64,000 bases of DNA, taken from the NCBI GenBank assembly GCA_035711585.1, contig DASTCB010000164.1, forward strand, positions 10,783 through 74,782, written 5' to 3'. The translations under genes were made by a program, and so were the position numbers. The notes under the pieces were generated by a model. The model did not search any database. It had not been told where the DNA came from and saw nothing but the letters and a program-made list of their open reading frames with translations. Origin of the DNA: Sphingomicrobium sp. (GTDB taxonomy: Bacteria > Pseudomonadota > Alphaproteobacteria > Sphingomonadales > Sphingomonadaceae). This document shows, piece by piece, positions 40,925 through 50,059 of the stretch (positions within the stretch are counted from its first letter, which is position 1; each line of letters begins with the position of its first letter).

Positions 40925-42396
40925 GCGCGCGCTCTCCTTTAATTTTGGTCATCGACGAGGGCACCACCTCGACCCGCGCGATGCTGTTCCGCGAGGACGG
41001 GTCGGTTGCCGGTTCGGCGTCGCATCCACTGACCCAGCACTATCCCGAGCCCGGTCGTGTCGAGCATGACGCCGCGGAAATCTGGGAGCGGACCCTGGCC
41101 GCCGCGCGCGAGATGGTTGAGACGGCAGGCGGCGCGGCCAACATTGCGGCGATCGGCATTACCAACCAGCGCGAGACGATGGTCGCCTGGGACCGGCAAA
41201 GCGGCGAGCCGATGGGCACCGCTTTGGTCTGGCAGGACCGCCGCACCGCCGACAGTTGCGCCGGGCTGCGCGACGCGGGCCATGAAGCGGCGATCCAGGC
41301 CAAGACCGGGCTTCTGCTCGATCCCTATTTCTGCGCCTCGAAGATCGAATGGCTGCTCCGCAACCGGCCCGAGCTTGCGGCTGCGGGCGAGCGCCTTGCC
41401 TTCGGAACAATCGATAGCTGGCTGTTGTGGAAGCTGACCGGGGGCGCGGTCCATGCGACCGATGCCAGCAACGCCAGCCGGACCATGCTGATGGCGCTGG
41501 ACGGAAGCGGCTGGGACGAGGAGCTGTGCGCCCTGTTCAAGGTCGATCCGGCTCATTTGCCCCGGATCGTCGATTGCGCCGGGCAGCTGGGCGAGACCGA
41601 CCCTGCCCTGTTCGGCCGGGCCATCCCGATCTGCGGCATGGCCGGCGACCAGCAGGCGGCGACCATCGGCCAGGGGTGCCTCGATGAAGGCGATACCAAG
41701 GCGACCTTCGGCACTGGCGCCTTCGTGCTGACCAACAGCGGCGAGAGGCCGCTCCATTCGCGCAACCGCCTGCTGACAACGGTGCTGTGGCAGATCGGCG
41801 GCAGGCGCAGCTACGCGCTGGAGGGAAGCGTGTTCGTCGCCGGCAGCCTGATGCAGTGGCTGCGCGACAACGTGGGCCTGCTGGTCAGCGCGCCGGAAAG
41901 CGAGCTGCTGGCGAGATCGGTGCCCGACAATGGCGGCGTCTATATGGTTCCCGCGCTGACCGGCCTCGGCGCGCCGCACTGGCGGCCCGAGGCACGAGGC
42001 CTGATCCGGGGGATCAGCTTTGCAACGACCCGCGCCCACCTGGTGCGCGCCGCGCTGGAGGCGCAGGCGCACCAAATCCACGACCTGATGACGGCGTTCG
42101 AGGCGGATGGCGAAAAATGGGAGCGCCTCCGGATCGACGGCGGGATGGTCGCCAACAACTGGCTGGCGCAAGACCTCGCTGACGTCCTCGGCCTGACCGT
42201 CGAGCGCCCCGCGGTGGTTGAGACCACCGCGCTCGGAGCGGCGATGCTCGCTGCGGTCGGGGCGGGAATTTACGCCACACTGGAGGAAGCCGCGGCCAGG
42301 ATGGGCGGCGAGGTGACGCGGTTCGAGCCGCAGATGAGCGCTAGTGAACGCGAGAAAAGACTCAGCGGATGGCGAGAGGCGATGGCCAAAGTTTAA
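40921..42396 (+). CDS. glpK: Glycerol kinase
   Basis: IDEGTTSTR, GITNQRET, GDQQAA, KATFGTG, DGGMVAN; GTG start overlapping the PilZ stop. Confidence 0.95.
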   Translation: MSARSPLILVIDEGTTSTRAMLFREDGSVAGSASHPLTQHYPEPGRVEHDAAEIWERTLAAAREMVETAGGAANIAAIGITNQRETMVAWDRQSGEPMGTALVWQDRRTADSCAGLRDAGHEAAIQAKTGLLLDPYFCASKIEWLLRNRPELAAAGERLAFGTIDSWLLWKLTGGAVHATDASNASRTMLMALDGSGWDEELCALFKVDPAHLPRIVDCAGQLGETDPALFGRAIPICGMAGDQQAATIGQGCLDEGDTKATFGTGAFVLTNSGERPLHSRNRLLTTVLWQIGGRRSYALEGSVFVAGSLMQWLRDNVGLLVSAPESELLARSVPDNGGVYMVPALTGLGAPHWRPEARGLIRGISFATTRAHLVRAALEAQAHQIHDLMTAFEADGEKWERLRIDGGMVANNWLAQDLADVLGLTVERPAVVETTALGAAMLAAVGAGIYATLEEAAARMGGEVTRFEPQMSASEREKRLSGWREAMAKV

Positions 42397-42527
42397 GCCT
42401 GTCGCGATTCAGCCCCGAGTCATGCGCAACCTGCTAATGGAAAGATGAGCTGGCTTTGCTCCCCGCGGCGGCTCCTTTTAGAGCATTCCGCTTCGCTGCC
42501 TTGCCGCGACCAGGAAGGAGAAATCAC

Positions 42528-43043
42528 ATGAAAAACTGCGTAATCGCTGGACTGGCGATTGCACTCCTGTCGGCTGCGCCGGCATTCGGCACGACCGCGA
42601 CCCAGGCCCGCCCGGCGGCCGCCATGCCCGGCATGCAGGTGGTCGACGTCGCCGGCAATCCGGTGGGCATTGTGCAGTCAGTCAGCCGTAACGAGCTGAT
42701 CCTCAAGACCGATCGCCATGAGGTTCGGCTGCCTCTCCGGTCCTTCACGCCCGACAAAGGCCGGCTGGTTTTCGGGATGACTCGAGGCGCGCTAAATCGG
42801 GCGACCGATGCGATGCTTGCCAAGTCATTCCTGCCGGGCGCCCCGGTGCATGGCAAGAATGGCACGCTTGCCGGGCGCATCGAGGCGATCAACGACCAGT
42901 TCGTCACGGTCGAACTCCAATCCGGCGAGGAGATCCGCCTGCCGCGGGACTCGGTTGCCCCGGGTTCGAATGGCGCAGTGCTCGGCATCACGGTTGCCGA
43001 ATTGCAGCAGCTGGTGAAGCAGACAGCCGCACAGACCCCTTAA
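42528..43043 (+). CDS. Secreted protein with tandem PRC-barrel-like repeats
   Basis: GGAAGGAG RBS, signal peptide, two repeats (VVDVAGNPVGIV / VHGKNGTLAGRI ... EVRLP / EIRLP). Confidence 0.75.
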   Translation: MKNCVIAGLAIALLSAAPAFGTTATQARPAAAMPGMQVVDVAGNPVGIVQSVSRNELILKTDRHEVRLPLRSFTPDKGRLVFGMTRGALNRATDAMLAKSFLPGAPVHGKNGTLAGRIEAINDQFVTVELQSGEEIRLPRDSVAPGSNGAVLGITVAELQQLVKQTAAQTP

Positions 43044-43089
43044 GGCTGGGGAGCGAGCCTTTGGCCGTAGGGCCCATCGCCTGCGGTCT

Positions 43090-43959
43090 TCACGCGGTCC
43101 ACTCGGCAAGCACCTGCTGGTCTTCCGTTCGCTCGATCCAGACGCGGTCGATATCGGCGGAAACGATACAATCGGGCGGCCGGTCGCGGCCGCTACCCGT
43201 GCAAAGGATGACCCGGCCGTCGCTGCGGGCACGCAGCCGGCCTGACAAAACAAGATTGAACCCATCGCCGCCGACCTGCTCTCCCGCGTCCAGCGTCTTC
43301 ACGGCCTCGAACGGCCGATCGATGCGCCGCCCGGTCCGTGAATCATCGGGGGTATAGAATCGAGCGATGCCGACCCGTTGAATCGCCGGCGCAGGCGCCG
43401 GTTCTGGGGCTTCGGACCGGGTGTCTGGGGGGGCTGCCCGCTCCGCCGAGTCTTGCTCCTCAGCAACGCCAGCCTCGGGGGCCGGGCAGGCGACCTGCAA
43501 TAGCCACGGCCGCGCCAGCCAGAATCCTTCAACCGCTTCGATATTGTCGCCGGCAACGCTTCGGACCGGCTCATCTTCCATCGAAAGGGTCGGAACCGCC
43601 CTAAGCCGCAAGGTTCGCCCGTCGGGATCAACGCTCCAGCCATGATCTCCCCGATCCGGACCCTGGCCGTCGCAGCCAAATCGAAGCCTCACTTCAAACT
43701 GCTTCCCGTCAAGATTGCGCTGGGCGTCCGCGTCTACCGCTCCCGCCGAATGGGCACTCGCGGCCTGGGCAACGGCAAGGAGCAATCTTGCCCGGCTCAG
43801 CGGCGGTTCAATGCGGGGCATGCGTGGCGGCGGCGTCATTTCCGCCGCATTATCTTCGCCATTATCCTGGGCGGGCTGGGATCGGCACCCGGACATAGCG
43901 GCGAGACACAACATGGCGGCCGTCAGGGTAGCGGCCATTGGTCGCGGCCAGTTTTGCAT
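43090..43959 (-). CDS. Hypothetical lipoprotein
   Basis: LCLAAMSG-C lipobox-like signal; Cys-containing folded body; start uncertain. Confidence 0.65.
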   Translation of the reverse strand: MQNWPRPMAATLTAAMLCLAAMSGCRSQPAQDNGEDNAAEMTPPPRMPRIEPPLSRARLLLAVAQAASAHSAGAVDADAQRNLDGKQFEVRLRFGCDGQGPDRGDHGWSVDPDGRTLRLRAVPTLSMEDEPVRSVAGDNIEAVEGFWLARPWLLQVACPAPEAGVAEEQDSAERAAPPDTRSEAPEPAPAPAIQRVGIARFYTPDDSRTGRRIDRPFEAVKTLDAGEQVGGDGFNLVLSGRLRARSDGRVILCTGSGRDRPPDCIVSADIDRVWIERTEDQQVLAEWTA

Positions 43960-44041
43960 GGCCCGGACGATAGCACAGCTTGGGCGCCAGACCACAAGTG
44001 GCGGGGTTGCAAGGGCGCATGCAAGCCGGTCAAAGGGGGAA

Positions 44042-45367
44042 ATGGCCGAGAGCCAAATCATCACGCTGCTTGTCCTGGCCGCAGTCGTCGCGGCACTCAT
44101 CTGGGACAAGTTGAGGGCGGATGTCGTAGCCCTGAGCGGCGCTGCGGTGCTGCTCATGGCCGGCGTGGTCAGGCCGGTCGAAGTGCAAAGCGCGTTCGCC
44201 AGCCCGGCCATTGTCGCGCTCGCCTCCCTGTTCGTCATCGCCTACGCGATGGAGCTGGCCGGACTGCTGGACGAGGGAATCCGGAAGGTTGTCCAGCTGT
44301 GCAAGAAGATCGGAGCGGCGGGGATCTGGGTCCTGATCGGGCTGGCCGGGGCCGCGTCGGCCTTTCTCAACAATACGCCGGTCGTCGTCCTCAGCGCACC
44401 GGTCGTGCGCGACGCCGCCCGGTCGCTTGGCCGATCGCCCAAGCGTTATCTGATTCCCCTGTCCTATGCGGCGGTTCTCGGCGGCTGCTGCACCCTGATC
44501 GGGACATCAACCAACCTGCTGGTCAACGACATGGCGTCGGTCGCGGGCCAGCCGCGCTTCGGCATCTTCGAGATTACGCCGGTCGGAGTCGCCGTTGCAC
44601 TGACTGGCGGCCTCTATCTGCTGCTGTTCGGCGCGCGCCTGATCGGAACCGAAGTGAACCAACCTGCGGCCGGTGCTGAATCATCCAGGGAAATGGCCGA
44701 CGACTTTCACGGCCCAGGCCTCGCGGGGGGCCTTATCGGCAGCGCTGAAGCCTTCGCCAAGCAAGTGAAACTGCGGCCGGGGCCCGCCCTGATTTCGGCG
44801 ATGGTATTCATAGCCGTCGTCGCGCTGTCCGCGCTCAACGTCGCTCCGATCGCCGCCTGCGCATTTGCCGGGGCAGTCCTGCTCATCCTGCTGCGAGTGA
44901 TTACCGTGGACCAGGCCTATTCCGGGCTTCGCCCCGAGGTCCTGATGCTGATTGCCGGCATGGTCGTGCTCGGAATCGCGCTCGACGAAACCGGCCTGGC
45001 CAATTCAGCGACCGGCATGCTGCTGGGCAGCATGGACGGAATGAGCCCGCTGTTGGCGCTGATCATCCTGTACGGAGTCACGCTGTTCGCGACCGAACTT
45101 TTGTCCAACGCAACCGTCGCAGTCCTGTTTACGCCGGTGGCGGTGGCCATGGCCGAGTCATTCGCAGTCAGCCCCCGGCCCTTTCTGGTCGCGGTCATGA
45201 TCGCGGCGAGCGCGGCTTTCGCGACCCCGTTCGGCTATCAGACCAATGTGCTGGTCTATCAGATGGGCGGCTATAATTATCTGGACTTCGTGAGGGTCGG
45301 GATTCCCCTCAACCTGGTCACCTGGGCGGCGGCGATCGTCGCGATCCAGGCCTATTTTCCGTTTTAG
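44042..45367 (+). CDS. SLC13/CitMHS-type permease (no RCK_C domains)
   Basis: SAFLNNTPVV, LGGCCTLIGTSTNL, SNATVA, ATPFGYQTN, DFVRVG. Confidence 0.9.
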   Translation: MAESQIITLLVLAAVVAALIWDKLRADVVALSGAAVLLMAGVVRPVEVQSAFASPAIVALASLFVIAYAMELAGLLDEGIRKVVQLCKKIGAAGIWVLIGLAGAASAFLNNTPVVVLSAPVVRDAARSLGRSPKRYLIPLSYAAVLGGCCTLIGTSTNLLVNDMASVAGQPRFGIFEITPVGVAVALTGGLYLLLFGARLIGTEVNQPAAGAESSREMADDFHGPGLAGGLIGSAEAFAKQVKLRPGPALISAMVFIAVVALSALNVAPIAACAFAGAVLLILLRVITVDQAYSGLRPEVLMLIAGMVVLGIALDETGLANSATGMLLGSMDGMSPLLALIILYGVTLFATELLSNATVAVLFTPVAVAMAESFAVSPRPFLVAVMIAASAAFATPFGYQTNVLVYQMGGYNYLDFVRVGIPLNLVTWAAAIVAIQAYFPF

Positions 45368-45470
45368 GGCCCAACAGCGTGAATGTCGGCAATCCGACGC
45401 AATAGCTGCCCAAAAGACCCGGATTGGCGTGCTTTTTGGGCAACAACAGGCGGGCAAAGCATTCTTTAAT

Positions 45471-45496
45471 GGAACCGCGGTTTTCGCTATGTCGTT
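45471..45496 (+). promoter_or_regulatory. EcfG/SigT-type ECF promoter
   Basis: GGAAC-N17-CGTT, 59 nt upstream of the autotransporter ATG. Confidence 0.7.
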
Positions 45497-45555
45497 ACGG
45501 CCTGAGTTTTAGGTGGGTGCGCGGCTCGGTGCGCACGAGCAACAGGGAGCAAATC

Positions 45556-48500
45556 ATGCGTGCAATGAACTCTCGCGTCCGGCTGCTTGCCGGTTCGGCG
45601 CTTGGTCTTGGATTGACGATGGCCGTGGCGCAACCGGCGCAGGCGGATTCGGTCTGCGTTTTCGGCGTGACGCACGATGTTGAATGTACCGACCCGAACG
45701 GCGACGGATTTACAGACCGCACCTTCACAGGCGCTGTGCTGACCGCGTTGGCAGACCCAACTGCGGTCATCGTGTATGACCTTAGTCCGACCTCCGTGAC
45801 TGCCGGTGGCTATATCGAGTCAACCACGGCGGGCCGCGGCGTCATCAGGATCACGACCGACCAGGCGTTCACCTATACGGGTACCGGTTCGACGCTGGTC
45901 GGTCAGGCGACCGCCACGGGGGCAGACACGCTGAATATCGTCGCGCCGAGCGTGACGATGACTACCGGCACGCTGGTTGCAAACGGGGCCGGATCGACCG
46001 CGCTTGACGTCTCGAGCAACGGCGGCGCCGGCTCCGGCGGGATCGACGTCACCGTGGACGGCGATATTTCGTCGGCGGGCGGACCCGCGATCATCCTCGA
46101 CCAGAACAATGCGGCGGCGACCGGCAACGTCGTGCTGACTTCGACGGCTGGTAACACCATCACGTCGGGCGCCGGCAACGCGGTCACCATCGACGCCGCG
46201 GGCTCTGGCACGATCACCGTCAACCTGGCGGACACGGTTTCCGCGACTGGCGGCGCCGGCATCGACATCGACAATACGGCCGTCGGCGGCGACATCAGCG
46301 TCACCACTGCTGCGGTCGATGCGATCAGTGCCGGCGAGGACGCGATCAACGTCCAGAACGCCAGCACCACGGCGGACGTCACGATTGTCACAAACGGCGC
46401 GATCGACGCCGGTGATGAAGGTATCGTGGCGGCCATCACCGATGCCACGGCGACGGGCAACATCAGCATCACCGCCAATGACGACGTTACCGCCGGTAAC
46501 AACGGCATCGACGCCGAGAACAGCGGCACCGGCTCGACCACCGTCACCGCGACCGGTGCAGTCACCGGGGGGACCGGGGACGGCATCTTCGCCAGCTCCG
46601 CGGGCGGTGCGATCACTGTCACCGCTGTCGACGTCACGGCGACGGGCGAGCAGGGCATCGATGTGCTGCAGGCCAACGCGGCGGGCACCGGCGCACTGTC
46701 GGTCACCGCCAGCGGCGACGTCTCCGGCACTGACGGGATCAGAGTGCAGAATAGCGGCACCGGAACCGTGACCGTTGGGACTACCGGTAGCGTTACAGGC
46801 ACCGGCGGCGACGCCATCCTTGTTGTCCAGAGCAATGCCGCCGCGGGCAATGTCGGAGTCACCACCGCAGCCGGCGAAACGCTGAGCGCCAACGGCGGCG
46901 ACGGCATCGACATCGACATGGCCGGAACCGGCAATGTCGGCGTCATCAATGCCGCCGACATCAACAGCGGCGCAGTCCCCAACACCTTGCTGGACGGCAT
47001 CGATGTCAACGCGACCGGCACGGGCAACATCACGATCAACAATACGGGGGCCATCGGCACCGCCGGTGATCGCGCCCAGGCGACGGGCATCAGCGGAGCC
47101 ATCATCAATGGCGCTTCGGCTGGCACCGTGTCGGTTGCAGGCACCGGCGACATCTTCTCGGTCGGCAACGGCATCGACGTCTTCACCAATGGATCCGGAG
47201 CAGCTTCGGTCGTCTATGGCGGGGACATCGACACGACCGCCGGCGACGGCATCGAGGTCGATACGACCAGCGGAGCCATCACCATCACCAGTGGCGGCGC
47301 AATCAGCGCCGCCGGGGGCAGCGGCATTGAGACAACGTCGACCACCGGCAACCAGACGATCACCGTCAACGGCGACGTCAATGGCGGCGTTGGCGACGGC
47401 GTGCACGCGGTTTCGACATCGGGAACCATCACGGTCAATGTGAATGCCGATGTCACCGGCGCCGATGACGCGGTGCAGGTAACATCGTCCGGCGCGAAGA
47501 CCGTAAACGTCGCGGCCGGCAACGTTCTTACCGGCAATTTCGGAGTCTTCGGTACCGGCGGCAGCACCCTGACCGTCACGAATGCCGGCACCATCGGCGC
47601 CACCGGCACGACCGCGGTCCTCACGGATCTCACGACGGCGGCGACTATCACCAACCAGGCGGGCGGCATCATCAACGGTGCCTTCGATCTATCCGACTTG
47701 GCGGACACCGTAACCAATGCCGGAACCCTGAACCTGGACGGCATCCAGGCATTCCTCGGCGGCACCGACGTCATCAACAATAGCTCGGGCGGCACCATCA
47801 ACGTAGCCGCCGCCACCTCGTTCACCGGCCTCGAATCGCTCGTGAACGCCGGTACCCTCAATGCGGCCAGCGGCTTGCTGTTCGATGGTGGCGATTCCGT
47901 GCTGACGAATACCGGTACGCTCAATCTCACCGGTGCGCTGGATCTTGGTGCCGGCACGGACACTTTTGCCAATACGACCGGCACCCTGAACCTGGGGGGC
48001 GACAGCTCGATTGTGGGCGCCGAGGCGTTCATCCAGTCAGGCACGATCAACCTCAATACCTTCACGCTGACCGGTACGGGCTCCCTCACCAACCTCGGCA
48101 CGATCGACACCAGCGGTTCGGCGGGCCTCGCCGGGTTCACCCTGCTTCAGAACGATGCGACGATCGATCTTGCGGCGGGGACGTTCACGGTCCCGGCGGT
48201 CGTGTTCACCAACACGGCGACGGGCGTCGTCATCGCCGATGAAGGCGCGACGACCATCACCGGCCAGACCAGCTTCGCCAATGCGGGCACGATCGACTTG
48301 TCCGACGGCGTGCCGGACGATGTGCTGACGATCGACAGCGACTTTGTCGGCAGCGGCTCGTCGGCGCTGGCGATCGACTATAGCGGCGCCGCGGCCGATC
48401 TGCTGATCATTGACGGCGCGGCCAGCGGCGCCACGACAATTGAGGTCACGCCGACGGAGGAACTGGTGTTCAATCCGGACGGAGTGCTGGTGGTCGATAC

Positions 48501-49683
48501 CGTGTCGACCACGGCGGACGCGTTCGTGCTCGGTGCGACCGACTTCGGTCTTGTCAACGTTGACCTGGTCCAGGTCGGGGAGGACTTCTTCCTGACCGCG
48601 ACGCCGGACCTTGCGGCGATCGAACCGGTGGTGATCGGCAACCTGGCCCAGACGCTGTGGTACCAGTCCGCCGATATCTACCGGAACTACGCCGCGCTCC
48701 GGCGCACCGATTTCGGCGGCACCGGAGTCGGCGTCTGGGGCCTGGCCTATCTCAGTCGCGACAAGACTGACGGCGACGAAATTACCGTGTTCGATACGGA
48801 CTTTGAGTTCGACAAGGTGGAAACGAAGCGCCGCGGCATCCAGGGCGGCCTCGACTATCTCGGCGGCAACTATGCGATCGGCTTCACCATCGGTTACGAG
48901 CGCGCCGACGCCGACATCAACAACTCGGCGTCCGACTTCGACGCATCGGGCTTTAATTTCGGCGTCTACGGCATGTTCGGCGCCGCATCGGGCTTCTACG
49001 GCGACCTGTTGGTCAAGTACGACAAGGCCGACGTGAAGTTCGACAATGAGCTGTTCGATGACGTCGTCGGCAATCCGAATCTCAAGAGCTTCGGCGCCCA
49101 GGCGCAGCTCGGCTATCGCTGGTGGTCCGGAACGACCAATTTCGACCTCGGCGCCGGCCTGGCCCACGTCAAGTCGAAGATCGACGACTTCGCAGTCGAC
49201 ACCATCGGCTTCGACTTCGACAAGGTGAAGAGCCTGCGCGGACACCTCTCGGCGCGAGCCGGGTTCGGCAACGGCGCGTTTGCGCCGTTTGTCGAGGGCA
49301 CGCTGTTCCATGAGTTCGACGGCGACAGCGACATGGCGCTGATCAGTGGCACATCGGCCGACGTGGTCGAGGGCCAGGGCCGCGGCACTTGGTTCCGGCT
49401 TGAGGGCGGCATCGGTGCGCAGAACAGTTCGGGCCCGATCCTAGCCGCCTGGGGCGACTTCGGCGACGTCAAGGGCTTCGGCCTGAAGGCTGGCTGGCGC
49501 TTCGGGGGCGGTCGCGAGGTGGTTGCGCCTCCGCCGCCGCCGCCTCCGCCCCCACCGCCGCCGCCCCCGCCGGCGACGCAGACCTGCCCGGACGGATCGG
49601 TCATCCTGGCGACGGAAACCTGTCCGCCGCCGCCTCCGCCGCCTCCGCCCCCGCCGCCTCCGCCGGAGCCGGAACGGGGCTGA
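45556..49683 (+). CDS. Autotransporter-like outer-membrane protein (beta-helical passenger, beta-barrel, poly-Pro/Cys tail)
   Basis: Signal peptide; G/T/A/D-rich DGIxV repeats; barrel region from GVWGLAY to GLKAGWRF; P15-ATQTCPDGSVILATETC-P14-EPERG. Confidence 0.88.
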   Translation: MRAMNSRVRLLAGSALGLGLTMAVAQPAQADSVCVFGVTHDVECTDPNGDGFTDRTFTGAVLTALADPTAVIVYDLSPTSVTAGGYIESTTAGRGVIRITTDQAFTYTGTGSTLVGQATATGADTLNIVAPSVTMTTGTLVANGAGSTALDVSSNGGAGSGGIDVTVDGDISSAGGPAIILDQNNAAATGNVVLTSTAGNTITSGAGNAVTIDAAGSGTITVNLADTVSATGGAGIDIDNTAVGGDISVTTAAVDAISAGEDAINVQNASTTADVTIVTNGAIDAGDEGIVAAITDATATGNISITANDDVTAGNNGIDAENSGTGSTTVTATGAVTGGTGDGIFASSAGGAITVTAVDVTATGEQGIDVLQANAAGTGALSVTASGDVSGTDGIRVQNSGTGTVTVGTTGSVTGTGGDAILVVQSNAAAGNVGVTTAAGETLSANGGDGIDIDMAGTGNVGVINAADINSGAVPNTLLDGIDVNATGTGNITINNTGAIGTAGDRAQATGISGAIINGASAGTVSVAGTGDIFSVGNGIDVFTNGSGAASVVYGGDIDTTAGDGIEVDTTSGAITITSGGAISAAGGSGIETTSTTGNQTITVNGDVNGGVGDGVHAVSTSGTITVNVNADVTGADDAVQVTSSGAKTVNVAAGNVLTGNFGVFGTGGSTLTVTNAGTIGATGTTAVLTDLTTAATITNQAGGIINGAFDLSDLADTVTNAGTLNLDGIQAFLGGTDVINNSSGGTINVAAATSFTGLESLVNAGTLNAASGLLFDGGDSVLTNTGTLNLTGALDLGAGTDTFANTTGTLNLGGDSSIVGAEAFIQSGTINLNTFTLTGTGSLTNLGTIDTSGSAGLAGFTLLQNDATIDLAAGTFTVPAVVFTNTATGVVIADEGATTITGQTSFANAGTIDLSDGVPDDVLTIDSDFVGSGSSALAIDYSGAAADLLIIDGAASGATTIEVTPTEELVFNPDGVLVVDTVSTTADAFVLGATDFGLVNVDLVQVGEDFFLTATPDLAAIEPVVIGNLAQTLWYQSADIYRNYAALRRTDFGGTGVGVWGLAYLSRDKTDGDEITVFDTDFEFDKVETKRRGIQGGLDYLGGNYAIGFTIGYERADADINNSASDFDASGFNFGVYGMFGAASGFYGDLLVKYDKADVKFDNELFDDVVGNPNLKSFGAQAQLGYRWWSGTTNFDLGAGLAHVKSKIDDFAVDTIGFDFDKVKSLRGHLSARAGFGNGAFAPFVEGTLFHEFDGDSDMALISGTSADVVEGQGRGTWFRLEGGIGAQNSSGPILAAWGDFGDVKGFGLKAGWRFGGGREVVAPPPPPPPPPPPPPPPATQTCPDGSVILATETCPPPPPPPPPPPPPPEPERG

Positions 49684-49712
49684 TCCGCCGGCCTAAGTTC
49701 TGCGTGACAATG

Positions 49713-49746
49713 TCCGGCCTCGGAGCGATCCGGGGCCGGATTTTTT
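49713..49746 (+). terminator. Rho-independent terminator
   Basis: 12-bp stem TCCGGCCTCGGA/TCCGGGGCCGGA, GCGA loop, T6. Confidence 0.88.
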
Positions 49747-49818
49747 GTGGAGTGGGTGCGGACCGGCTTTGCCGATCATTCAATCTTCAAATTGCCTCGG
49801 GCATTTTGAATTGAAAGA

Positions 49819-49905
49819 TGGTGCCCAGGAGAGGACTCGAACCTCCACGCCGTTTCCAGCGCCGCCACCTGAAGACGGTGCGTCTACCAATTCCGCCACC
49901 TGGGC
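49819..49905 (-). tRNA. tRNA-Leu(CAG)
   Basis: Reverse complement GCCCAGG...TTCAGGT loop...GGTTCGAGTCC...CCTGGGCACCA with long variable arm. Confidence 0.96.
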
Positions 49906-50059
49906 ACAGGGGCATCTGATTGCCGGTAGGCGGCGGCGCTTAGAGGGGCGCGGCTGATTCTGTCAACAGGCGGCTTCTCGGCCCTTGCGCGATAATGGCC
50001 GCTGGCCCAAGGACGAGGGCCGATTCCATGACGCTCAATTTGCCAAGGACCGATCATCA

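Noticed and set aside
43715-45555. ORF-track upstream extensions (SLC13 from 43715, autotransporter from 45424, hflK from 6609, ptsP from 59492)
   Set aside because: The extensions overlap neighbouring genes or promoters; internal starts with RBS or signal peptides fit better.
49528-49665. CCG-rich repeats as a CRISPR array or VNTR
   Set aside because: They are poly-Pro codons with mixed synonymous usage and no repeat-spacer structure.
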